This document shows, piece after piece, positions 1 to 8,955 of a stretch of 64,000 nucleotides of DNA. Made by a program: the position numbers and the translations under genes. Location of the stretch: positions 6,651 to 70,650 of the forward strand of contig JAZONG010000114.1 in the NCBI GenBank assembly GCA_045654385.1, read 5' to 3'. Below the pieces are notes generated by a model. The model was not told the origin of the DNA. It saw only the letters and a program-made list of their open reading frames with translations, and did not search any database. Source of the DNA: Alistipes sp. (GTDB lineage Bacteria; Bacteroidota; Bacteroidia; Bacteroidales; Rikenellaceae). Every line of letters begins with the position of its first letter. Positions within the stretch are counted from its first letter, which is position 1.

Positions 1-4
1 ACTG

Positions 5-1106
5 TTAATTCTCCATTAAATATGCCTTGATAAATGCATCCAAATCGCCATCCAAAACGCCGTCGCAATCGGTTGTCTGATAGCCCGTACGATGGTCCTT
101 AACTCGTCTATCATCAAGCACATAGGAGCGAATTTGCGAACCCCACTCAATCTTCTTTTTATCGGCCTCGACAGCCTGCTGTGTGGCACGGCGTTTTTCG
201 AGTTCGTACTGGTAGAGTTTCGAACGCAAAATACGCATCGCATTCTCCTTATTCATCAACTGCGAACGGGTCTCCTGATTCTCGATAACATACGAAATTT
301 CCTCGCCTGTCTGCTCATCTTTGAAGTGGTAGCGCAAGCGTGCTGCGGTCTCGACCTTATTCACATTCTGACCACCTGCACCACTCGAACGGAAGGTCTC
401 CCACTCCACATTTGCAGGGTTCACAACCACCTCAATAGTATCATCTACGGCAGGCGTAACCGCCACCGAAGCAAATGTTGTCTGTCGTTTATTATTTGCA
501 TTGAATGGCGAAAGACGCACCAAGCGGTGCACGCCATTTTCGCTTTTAAGATAGCCGTAGGCGAACTCTCCCTCCACCTCCATAGTGCAGGACTTTACGC
601 CCACCTCGTCGCCCTCCTGAAAGTCGAGCATCTTAACCTTGTATCCGTGTGCCTCGCACCAACGAGAATACATACGCAGAAGCATCGAAGCCCAATCGAG
701 CGCCTCCGTACCGCCTGCACCTGCATTAATATCGACAATCGCACCCATCTTGTCCTCCTCGCCGGAGAGCATATTTTTGAGTTCGAGTTTCTCGATAAGC
801 TCCACTGCCTTTGCGTATGCCACATCGGCCTCCTCCTCGGTTGCAAGTCCCTCGCCCACAAACTCAGGCATCAACAACACCTCGTCGACACCCTTCTTAA
901 CCTCGTCAAAACCTACCACCCAACTCTTTATGCCGGCCACCTTGCGCAGTTGCTCCTGCGCCTTCTCGGGCACATCCCAGAAGTTTGGTTCCAAGGTCTT
1001 CTCCTCCTCGTTTTGGAGGTCTATTCTTCTCTGGTAGATGTCAAAGGCACCTCCCCAGCGTATCCAGACGCCTTACAAGCTCTTTTATCTGTTCGATTTG
1101 TATCAT
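5..1106 (-). CDS. prfB: Peptide chain release factor 2, translated through a programmed +1 frameshift
   Basis: ORF 5..994 has the SPF and GGQ motifs. An upstream 21-codon ORF (ATG at 1106, MIQIEQIKELVRRLDTLGRCL) ends in CTT-TGA-C at 1046-1040. The +1 frame (DIYQRRIDLQNEEEKTLEPNFW) is continuous with the main ORF. Confidence 0.97.
1040..1055 (-). other. RF2 +1 ribosomal frameshift site with internal Shine-Dalgarno
   Basis: Minus strand reads GGGAGG-TGC-CTT-TGA-C, the canonical RF2 autoregulatory cassette. Confidence 0.96.
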
Positions 1107-1141
1107 ATACTCAGGCTCACTGTTATTGGGTTTTCCCTTTG

Positions 1142-1149
1142 CAAAATTA
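1142..1149 (-). promoter_or_regulatory. Bacteroidota -7 promoter element for prfB
   Basis: TAATTTTG on the minus strand, 35 nt upstream of the ATG. Confidence 0.6.
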
Positions 1150-1177
1150 GAAATTAAAAATTAAAAATTGAAAATTG
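1143..1177. repeat. Heptamer tandem repeat (aaaattR x5)
   Basis: aaaatta-gaaatta-aaaatta-aaaattg-aaaattg. Confidence 0.75.
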
Positions 1178-1364
1178 ACAGCATAAAAATAGCCCCTTAT
1201 AAGATATAAAGGGCAATGGTAAACCTATAATTTTGTTCTAATACCTATATTAATATATAAAACCTCTTAAAAGGATTAAGGCATACAAGAGCTGATGCAC
1301 GAAGCAAGCGCAGAGGGTAAATTCATTTACACTATGCCTTGCAAGAAGGAAGAAAACAAAGTTA

Positions 1365-1409
1365 AATCCGCTTGCGCAGTTTACTTGGGCGTAAATGAGC
1401 AAGCGGATT
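1365..1409. repeat. ERIC-like palindromic element, copy 1
   Basis: aatccgctt-GCGCAG-tttac-ttgggc-gtaaa-TGAGC-aagcggatt. The core is shared with 1538-1580 and 63607-63645. Confidence 0.7.
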
Positions 1410-1532
1410 ATCGAAGTACAACGCAGCTATCGCTGCTTAAAAAATTATCATTTCTTGTCAGAAGTCGTGAGATGTGGCGCATCACAAGAAAACTTGAACA
1501 ATTATTATGGGCGAGGGATTTTTTTTAACAAA

Positions 1533-1580
1533 CAAAAAACCCGATGCGCAGCATACTAAGCGTATGTGAGCAATCGGGTT
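1533..1580 (-). terminator. Probable intrinsic terminator of fba, built from copy 2 of the palindromic element
   Basis: aacccgat-GCGCAG-catac-taagc-gtatg-TGAGC-aatcgggtt, followed by a T-run on the minus strand, about 40 nt after the fba stop. Confidence 0.7.
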
Positions 1581-1622
1581 ATTGAAGTTTGGTGAAAAAT
1601 TCACCGCACAGAATGATTGTTA

Positions 1623-2624
1623 TTACTCTGCCTTACCGTCAGAACCGAGTACCTCCTTAATCTTGTGGATGTACTGCTTCTTCATATTCTCACGAGCTGG
1701 ACCGAGGTACTTACGAGGGTCGAACTCTGCTGGAGAAGTACCGAACACCTCACGGATAGCTGCGGTCATAGCAAGACGAGAGTCAGAGTCGATATTGATC
1801 TTGCAAACTGCCGACTTAGCTGCCTTGCGGAGCTGCTCCTCAGGAATACCTACTGCAGCCTTCAATGCACCACCGAACTTGTTGATAGTCTCAACCTCCT
1901 CCTGTGGAACTGACGACGAACCGTGGAGAACGATAGGGAAGCCTGGGAGCTCCTTCTCGATAGCTGCGAGAACATCGAATGCCAATGGTGGTGGTACGAG
2001 GCGACCAGTCTGTGGTTCAACTGTGCACTGCTCAGGAGTGAACTTGTAAGCACCGTGTGAAGTACCGATAGAGATAGCCAACGAGTCGCAACCGGTCTTA
2101 GTTACGAAGTCAACAACCTCCTCTGGCTTAGTGTAGTGGCTCTCCTCAGCTACTACATCATCCTCAACACCTGCCAATACGCCGAGCTCACCCTCAACGG
2201 TTACGCCGTACTGGTGTGCATACTCTACAACCTTCTTTGTGAGAGCAACATTCTCCTCGTATGGAAGGTGCGAGCCGTCGATCATTACAGACGAGAAGCC
2301 CATATCAACACAAGACTTACAAGTCTCGAACGAATCACCGTGATCGAGGTGAAGAACTACCTGTGGCTTAGCCCAGCCGAGCTCCTTTGCGTACTCAACA
2401 GCGCCCTCTGCCATATAACGGAGGAGAGTCTGGTTTGCGTAGTTACGAGCACCCTTCGATACCTGAAGGATAACTGGCGACTTAGTCTCAGCAGCAGCCA
2501 TAATGATAGCCTGCAACTGCTCCATGTTGTTGAAGTTGAATGCTGGGATAGCGTAGCCACCCTCAATTGCCTTTGCGAACATCTCGGTTGTGTTCACAAG
2601 ACCCAATTCCTTGTACGAAATCAT
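1623..2624 (-). CDS. fba: Class II fructose-1,6-bisphosphate aldolase
   Basis: HLDHG, SSVMIDGS, GTSHGAYK, VLHGSS and KINIDSD motifs. -7 element TAACTTTG at 2674-2681. Confidence 0.96.
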   Translation of the reverse strand: MISYKELGLVNTTEMFAKAIEGGYAIPAFNFNNMEQLQAIIMAAAETKSPVILQVSKGARNYANQTLLRYMAEGAVEYAKELGWAKPQVVLHLDHGDSFETCKSCVDMGFSSVMIDGSHLPYEENVALTKKVVEYAHQYGVTVEGELGVLAGVEDDVVAEESHYTKPEEVVDFVTKTGCDSLAISIGTSHGAYKFTPEQCTVEPQTGRLVPPPLAFDVLAAIEKELPGFPIVLHGSSSVPQEEVETINKFGGALKAAVGIPEEQLRKAAKSAVCKINIDSDSRLAMTAAIREVFGTSPAEFDPRKYLGPARENMKKQYIHKIKEVLGSDGKAE

Positions 2625-2715
2625 AGTTGTGTAATTTTTTATTTATGAATTAAAGTGTTTCTTAATTTGCGCCCAAAGTTACTAATTTTTTTGAGATTTT
2701 GTTACATAAAACGGT

Positions 2716-4017
2716 CTAAAATATCAAATTATATACAAAGGTAACACCAATCAACAGCGGTGCAACCCATTTAAGCAGAAATACAAGCACGCCAAAGAAC
2801 CTTGCACGGAGTGTTCCATGATTGGAAATCTCGCCCTTAAAAATCGCTCTATCGAGATACCAGCCTGCAAAAACACTTGTCATAAGGCCTCCGAGCGGCA
2901 TCAGCACATCGGCGGTAATCATATCGAAGAAATCGAAGCATCGGCTCGACCAAAGGCAAGTAATCGAGGCGATAACCGCCACTGCTGTCGATATTATTGC
3001 ACCCACACGACGAGAGCATTGGTGGTGCTCCTGAAAATACTCGGTTATAACCTCGTGGAATGTGATGGTCGAGGTCAAAGCAGCCAAGGCTATCAGCAAA
3101 AAGAACATCGCCGACCAGAGTTGTGGTGCTGCCATACCTTTGAATACGAATGGGAGCGTTTCAAAGATAAGCGTAGGTCCTTGCGTAGGCTCTAAACCAT
3201 CAACGCTAAATACCGCAGGGAAGATTACCATACCCGACAACACTGCCACCAAGAAGGTGAGCATTGATGACGACCACGCCGTAGTCGAGAGGTTTGTACC
3301 CTTTTTGAAGTATGACGAGAAGGTAATTAAGCATCCCAAGCCAATCGAGAGCGAGAAGAATGCCTGACCTATGGCACTAACAACCGTCTTAACGGTAAAT
3401 GCCTTCGAGAAATCGGGCTTAAAGAAGAACTCATAACCTGCCTTTGCGCCCGGCATCATCGCTGCACGCACAGCAATAATCAGCAGCATAATAAAGAGTA
3501 TCGGCATAACCAACTCAGCCGTATGCTCCAATCCCTTACGGACACCTCGTGCCACAACGATATGGGTGGCAAGGATAAAGAGCATCGTATAGAGCGGCTC
3601 CTGCCACGAAGCACGGAAACTCTCGAATATAGAGTGAAACTCCTCTCCCGAATAGAGTGTACCATTGAGCGACGCCACAAAGTAGTAGAGCGACCAACCT
3701 GCCACAATATAGTAGAAGCCCGATATCAAGGTCGATACTATGATACTGTTGTAGCCGAGTGGCTTCCACCACTTCGAGAATTGTGCATACGCCTTTACGG
3801 GACCTTTACGGGTGTATGTACCGATGGCGAACTCCGACAACATAACCGGAATACCGAGTATCAGCACACAAACAAGATAGAGCAGCACGAATGCTCCTCC
3901 ACCATTTTCGCCGGCGATATATGGGAAACGCCAAATACTTCCCAAGCCTATCGCACTACCTGCGGCAACCAATACCGCACCTATTTTACTGCCAAATGAA
4001 TCGTTGTTTTGCTCCAT
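2716..4017 (-). CDS. Sodium-dependent transporter, neurotransmitter:sodium symporter (NSS/SNF) family
   Basis: GSAIGLGSIWRFPY, NGGGAF and GQAFFSLSIG signatures; many hydrophobic segments. Confidence 0.92.
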   Translation of the reverse strand: MEQNNDSFGSKIGAVLVAAGSAIGLGSIWRFPYIAGENGGGAFVLLYLVCVLILGIPVMLSEFAIGTYTRKGPVKAYAQFSKWWKPLGYNSIIVSTLISGFYYIVAGWSLYYFVASLNGTLYSGEEFHSIFESFRASWQEPLYTMLFILATHIVVARGVRKGLEHTAELVMPILFIMLLIIAVRAAMMPGAKAGYEFFFKPDFSKAFTVKTVVSAIGQAFFSLSIGLGCLITFSSYFKKGTNLSTTAWSSSMLTFLVAVLSGMVIFPAVFSVDGLEPTQGPTLIFETLPFVFKGMAAPQLWSAMFFLLIALAALTSTITFHEVITEYFQEHHQCSRRVGAIISTAVAVIASITCLWSSRCFDFFDMITADVLMPLGGLMTSVFAGWYLDRAIFKGEISNHGTLRARFFGVLVFLLKWVAPLLIGVTFVYNLIF

Positions 4018-4038
4018 TAAACTTTATAATCTAACTAT

Positions 4039-4401
4039 CTAACCTTTGAGTGTCACGCTCACTCTCGCAACCTTGCCACCCAGAGGTGGTGCAATTTTAG
4101 TAACCTTGCACTCCGTTTCGCAAATCTGCGGAAAGCGCTCGTGTAACGCCTCTATAATGTTTTGTGCTACTCGCTCGATGGTGTGTTGTGTGCGTTGCAT
4201 CTGCTCACGCACCACCTCATAGACAGTCAGATAGTTTACCGCCTTGGTTACATCATCATCCTCGGCAACCGCCCCTAATTCGGTTGTCAGGCGCAATGAT
4301 ACCTCAAAGTGGCTACCCGTCTGTCGCTCTAACTCGTAGCAACCGTGGAAGGCGTGGAAATCCATACCTTCCAACTCGATTGTATACAATTTTTTACTCA
4401 C
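4039..4401 (-). CDS. folB: Dihydroneopterin aldolase
   Basis: FHAFHGCYELER, VNY, TIE and K..PP motifs. The GTG start directly follows the tyrS stop. Confidence 0.92.
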   Translation of the reverse strand: MSKKLYTIELEGMDFHAFHGCYELERQTGSHFEVSLRLTTELGAVAEDDDVTKAVNYLTVYEVVREQMQRTQHTIERVAQNIIEALHERFPQICETECKVTKIAPPLGGKVARVSVTLKG

Positions 4402-5700
4402 TTACTCAACAATTACGAGATAGTAGTTCTTCTTTCCACGCTGCACAAGAATATACTTCTCGGCAATCAAATCCTCGGCTGTAACTACACGCTGAATATC
4501 TGCCACCTTCTCCTTGTTGAGCGATACGCCACCGCCCTGAATCATCTTGCGGCACTCACCCTTTGATGGGAAGATTGCGCTCTTCTCGGCACAGAGGTCG
4601 ATGAACGAGCATCCCAACTCCTCCTTCGACACCTTGAACTGCGGCACACCGTCAAACACCTGCAACAAGGTCTGCTCATCGAGGCGGTGCAACGCCTCCG
4701 AAGTAGATTGACCAAAGAGAATCTGCGAAGCCTCAACAGCCTTCTCGTACTCCTCACGAGAGTGAATCATTGAGGTAACCTCCTCGGCCAAGCGCTTCTG
4801 CAATACACGCAAATGTGGTGCCTCCTCGTGCTCGGCAATCAAAGCCTCGATTGTAGCACGATCGAGCAAGGTAAAGATCTTGATATAGCGCTTTGCGTCG
4901 TCATCGCTCACATTCAACCAGAACTGGTAGAACTTGTAAGGCGAGGTGTAGCGAGCATCCAACCAAACATTTCCGCTCTCGGTCTTACCGAACTTTGTTC
5001 CATCAGCCTTGGTAATAAGCGGGCAGGTAATAGCGAAAGCCTCAGCCTCCGAGCCGAGTTTACGACGGATAAGTTCAGTACCTGTGGTGATGTTACCCCA
5101 CTGATCGGCACCACCCAACTGCAACTTACAATCCATAGTCTGGTAGAGATGCAAGAAGTCGTAACCCTGCAACAACTGATAGGTAAACTCGGTAAACGAC
5201 ATACCGTCGCCCTCGCCATTGAAGCGCTTCTTAACCGAATCCTTAGCCATCATATAGTTTACAGTGATGCACTTACCAATCTCACGAGCGAAATCGAGGA
5301 ACGAGAACTCCTTCATGCAATCGTAGTTATTCACCATAACGGCTGCATTCTCGGCATCCGAATCGAAGTCGATAAGGCGAGCCAACTGCGCCTTGATAGC
5401 CTCCTGATTGTGGCGCAAAGCCTCCTCGTTGAGGAGATTACGCTCCTGCGACTTACCTGATGGGTCGCCAATCATACCCGTAGCACCACCAACCAAAGCG
5501 ATTGGACGGTGGCCACACATCTGCAAGTGCTTCAATATCATAACGCCTACCAAGTGGCCGATATGCAACGAATCGGCAGTCGGATCAATTCCGAGGTAGG
5601 CGGTTGTCATCTCCTTTTTGAGTTGCTCCTCTGCGCCCGGCATAATAGTGTGAATCATACCACGCCACTGCAACTCCTCAACAAAATTCTTTCTTTCCAT
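4402..5700 (-). CDS. tyrS: Tyrosine--tRNA ligase
   Basis: [24 protein letters not shown] and KFGKT motifs; C-terminal S4-like domain. Confidence 0.98.
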   Translation of the reverse strand: MERKNFVEELQWRGMIHTIMPGAEEQLKKEMTTAYLGIDPTADSLHIGHLVGVMILKHLQMCGHRPIALVGGATGMIGDPSGKSQERNLLNEEALRHNQEAIKAQLARLIDFDSDAENAAVMVNNYDCMKEFSFLDFAREIGKCITVNYMMAKDSVKKRFNGEGDGMSFTEFTYQLLQGYDFLHLYQTMDCKLQLGGADQWGNITTGTELIRRKLGSEAEAFAITCPLITKADGTKFGKTESGNVWLDARYTSPYKFYQFWLNVSDDDAKRYIKIFTLLDRATIEALIAEHEEAPHLRVLQKRLAEEVTSMIHSREEYEKAVEASQILFGQSTSEALHRLDEQTLLQVFDGVPQFKVSKEELGCSFIDLCAEKSAIFPSKGECRKMIQGGGVSLNKEKVADIQRVVTAEDLIAEKYILVQRGKKNYYLVIVE

Positions 5701-5727
5701 CTTGTGTATATATGTTACTTTCGTTAA

Positions 5728-7578
5728 TTACTCCGTCATCAGGTCGAACACCTTGCGCATATAGTCAAACTCCGGCGTAACCTTCTGTATATGTGCCTCT
5801 CTATCTTCTAGTTTTATCGGTTTGAGTTTAAAGTCGATATTCTTTATCTCGATTTTCATATCGAGCCAGCCATTTATACCCGCCATCTCGGAAATACGCT
5901 TCAAAATTCCAAAACGCTCACCAAGAAGTTCATCCCGCAACGACTCGGATGGCACGGCCAACTTTACGACATTGCCCTCGAACTCGATATTCTCGAATGC
6001 CGAAACAAAGCGAGGTCGCTCGGCACACATCTGCTTGACGATACTCTCCTTAATCTTCGACAACTTCTCCTCGCTCGCCTCGTCAATAACGATTTGAGAG
6101 CTCTTTCCCTCTTCATCACCCGGATTTGACACCTCTTTGAGAAGACCCGTAAGCGAACCGCCCAAGATTGAAGAGCCCTTCAACTGCGATACGCCCACCA
6201 CCTTCGACTCGACTGTCGGCCTTGCGACAGGCGTAGGTTGCGATGTTGGTTGTGCTACCGGCTGCGGTGCTGGCTGTGCGACCGGTTGTGTGGCCGGTTG
6301 TGTGGCCGGTTGTGGCTCAACGGCTGGCACCTGCACCGATGTTGGTTGAGGAGTTGGCGCAGGCGCTACCGTAGGTTGTTCTATCTTCTGAACGGCAGGT
6401 TGTGGTGTTGCCACCACCTGCGGTTTTGGTGCATCTAAATCAGGCAACGAGTATTTAGCCTCGAAGGGGGCGGTCAGATCAAGGTTTTTTTTTTGACCGA
6501 GAGCCGCAATCTTCATCAATGTGAGTTCGACCAGCAATCGCTGCGAAGAGGCTGTGCGCAACTTCGAGTCCGCCTCGGTAAGGAGCGATATCGCTCCAAA
6601 GAGGAATGCCGCCTCGCACGATGCCGCCTGCTGACGATACTTTTCGAGCAACGAGCCCGTATACTCAATCAGCGACACAGCAGGACCTTTCGCTACGAGG
6701 AGATCACGGAGGTGCTGATTTAAGCCACCCATAAATATCTGTCCCGAGAAACCCTTCGACAATACGGCATCATACTCCAATAAAGCATTCACATAGTCGC
6801 CACCATAGAGCAACTCCGTAAAGCGGAAGTATGTTTCGTAATCGAGAACATTAAGTGTTGCCGCCACATCGTGATACTCCAACTTTGTACCACAGAACGA
6901 TACCGCCTTGTCGAACATCGACAAAGCATCACGCATACCACCATCGGCCTTCTGCGCAATAAGGTTGAGCGACTCATCATCGGCCTCGACTCCCTCATTC
7001 TGGGCAATATAGCGCAAGTAACCCACTGCATCCTCCACACGGATACGATTAAAATCGTAAATCTGACAGCGAGAGAGAATTGTTGGGATAATCTTGTGCT
7101 TCTCGGTTGTTGCGAGGATAAAAATTGCGTGCTGCGGTGGCTCCTCCAAGGTTTTAAGGAAGGCGTTAAACGCCGCAGACGAGAGCATATGAACCTCATC
7201 GATGATAAACACCGTGTATTTACCAATCTGCGGATGAACTCGTACCTGCTCTATGAGGTTACGTATATCCTCAACCGAGTTGTTCGACGCAGCATCCAAC
7301 TCGTGGATATTGAGCGAACGATTCTCGTTAAACGAACGACACGAATCGCACTCGTCGCACGCCTCTGCACCTACGGGATGCAGGCAGTTTATAGCCTTTG
7401 CAAAGATTCTCGCACAGGTAGTTTTACCCACTCCACGAGGTCCACAAAAGAGGTAGGCGTGAGCCAACTGACCACGCTCGATTGCATTTTTCAATGTCGA
7501 GGTGATATGAGTCTGTCCCACCACGCTTGCAAAGTTGGCAGGGCGATACTTTCGAGCCGATACAATAAACTTCTCCAT
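5728..7578 (-). CDS. dnaX: DNA polymerase III subunit tau/gamma
   Basis: ARKYRP, GPRGVGKT, zinc-binding cysteines, DEVHML and SRC motifs. Start set at the ATG of MEKF because TAACTTTG lies at 7587-7594. Confidence 0.96.
   Translation of the reverse strand: MEKFIVSARKYRPANFASVVGQTHITSTLKNAIERGQLAHAYLFCGPRGVGKTTCARIFAKAINCLHPVGAEACDECDSCRSFNENRSLNIHELDAASNNSVEDIRNLIEQVRVHPQIGKYTVFIIDEVHMLSSAAFNAFLKTLEEPPQHAIFILATTEKHKIIPTILSRCQIYDFNRIRVEDAVGYLRYIAQNEGVEADDESLNLIAQKADGGMRDALSMFDKAVSFCGTKLEYHDVAATLNVLDYETYFRFTELLYGGDYVNALLEYDAVLSKGFSGQIFMGGLNQHLRDLLVAKGPAVSLIEYTGSLLEKYRQQAASCEAAFLFGAISLLTEADSKLRTASSQRLLVELTLMKIAALGQKKNLDLTAPFEAKYSLPDLDAPKPQVVATPQPAVQKIEQPTVAPAPTPQPTSVQVPAVEPQPATQPATQPVAQPAPQPVAQPTSQPTPVARPTVESKVVGVSQLKGSSILGGSLTGLLKEVSNPGDEEGKSSQIVIDEASEEKLSKIKESIVKQMCAERPRFVSAFENIEFEGNVVKLAVPSESLRDELLGERFGILKRISEMAGINGWLDMKIEIKNIDFKLKPIKLEDREAHIQKVTPEFDYMRKVFDLMTE
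6282..6314. repeat. 12-bp coding tandem repeat (PATQ) in the DnaX Pro/Gln-rich linker
   Basis: ccggttgtgtgg x2 plus a partial third copy. Confidence 0.8.
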
Positions 7579-7674
7579 AATTGCCACAAAGTTAATAAAC
7601 TTTGTCTATTTCTTGCCAAATTTTTCGCTAAAATACAATTTTAGCCCCATCTTTTACCCTTTCAAGTACGAAAA

Positions 7675-8763
7675 TTAACGATTACCGAGGATAAATGCGG
7701 TTGTTTTTGGCAAAAATCGCTTCAATAAGTGGTAAAGAGCAACACCCACAAAAAGTGTCGCAATGATTGAGATGAGATAGATAATGAGATAGCCACCATT
7801 GGTCGCAGGCTCAAAAAGCCGCAACATAACCCTCTGCACGAGTGCTTGGGGGATGTAGTGGTATAGGTAGATGAAAAAGTAACTCGAACCAAGCACCGAC
7901 GGCACCTGCCACCCCTTTACAGTTACCAGATAGTACGCCACATATAGCGATAACGGCATACCGAGGAGTATGGCAACCTCATAGGCCAATCGTTGCCACT
8001 CGCCCACAGTTGAAAGCGTGCCGACAATGGCTGCGATATAGAGGAAGAGCAACATAGCGACAACCGACAATCTAAACTTCGGGAATGCCACTTTATGAAT
8101 CGATAACCACCCTCCTAACGAGAAGAAAAAGAGTACTTTGGGTTGCAACCACACCACCTCGCTGCACTTTGGGACACCCAGCCACAAACCGAGCATAGTT
8201 GCAATAAAGAGCAACCCTGCCACCCTATTTTTTAGCAGCAAATAGATGATTGGCGACAATACCACCATCACCATAAGGTTACGCATATACCATAATGGTG
8301 GATTTATCGGACTATCCGTACCCTCAACTCGCCAGAAAGCCTGCAAGAATTCGAGCGGTGTATAGTCGCAGACCTTGGTATGGCCACCCGAAAAGAGGTT
8401 TGGCAGAAGCATCTGGCCTACGAAGTAGAGGAGAATAATTGCAAAGTTCCAGAATATATATGGCAGAGCCACCGTGCGCACTCTGCGTTTCAACTTCTCG
8501 CCATAGAGCCTTAACGATGGCTTTTCTACCCCTCTAAAAAGCAGATAGCCCGATATAAACAGAAAGTTCGGAACGGCTATGCGGGCAACAATTTTAGAGA
8601 GTACAAACGAGAGTGTCGCAAACCCCTCAATACCCTGATTCGCCGGCAGTTTGTAGATATATGCGTGGCAGAGTACCACCATCACAATTAGTGGAAATCG
8701 CAGGAACGAGAAGGTTGCAAGCAACCCCTCCTCGGCAGAGGTGTATTTACAGACTCCTTTCAT
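7675..8763 (-). CDS. Membrane acyltransferase (Acyl_transf_3/OafA-like)
   Basis: LRFPLIVMVVLCH, VP.FLFISGYL, PLWY and YFFIYLYH motifs; about 10 TM segments. Start placed at ATG 8763, downstream of TATCTTTG at 8789-8796. Confidence 0.85.
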   Translation of the reverse strand: MKGVCKYTSAEEGLLATFSFLRFPLIVMVVLCHAYIYKLPANQGIEGFATLSFVLSKIVARIAVPNFLFISGYLLFRGVEKPSLRLYGEKLKRRVRTVALPYIFWNFAIILLYFVGQMLLPNLFSGGHTKVCDYTPLEFLQAFWRVEGTDSPINPPLWYMRNLMVMVVLSPIIYLLLKNRVAGLLFIATMLGLWLGVPKCSEVVWLQPKVLFFFSLGGWLSIHKVAFPKFRLSVVAMLLFLYIAAIVGTLSTVGEWQRLAYEVAILLGMPLSLYVAYYLVTVKGWQVPSVLGSSYFFIYLYHYIPQALVQRVMLRLFEPATNGGYLIIYLISIIATLFVGVALYHLLKRFLPKTTAFILGNR

Positions 8764-8955
8764 CGACAAAATGTGACACTTTGTTGCACAAAGATACCAT
8801 TTTTCGGTCAAAATGGCGCAACAATGGCAGATTTTTTTCGCCATTTCCGCCCCTTTACACGACAAAACGACACGCCCAAACCGCTTGGCAAAAGATTTGT
8901 TATGCCACTTTTTAGAACAGACTACAAAACTGAAAACAAACTAACATCTTACGAT

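Noticed and set aside
92-1150. 352-aa plus-strand ORF and the many other long antisense ORFs (e.g. 6871..7644, 13696..14466, 23391..24233, 59419..60552)
   Set aside because: They shadow well-supported genes on the opposite strand, carry no recognisable motifs and are expected from biased codon usage.
1295-1528. 77-aa ORF in the fba-prfB gap
   Set aside because: It runs across palindromic repeats and has no protein-like features, so it is likely spurious.
5311-5330. TyrS NNYDC where NNYDW is usual
   Set aside because: A single substitution that could be a strain variant or sequencing error; it is not evidence of recoding.
8764-8955. Overlapping N-terminal extensions of clpB and the acyltransferase in the ORF track
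   Set aside because: They arise from upstream alternative start codons. The region contains promoter elements and is best read as intergenic.
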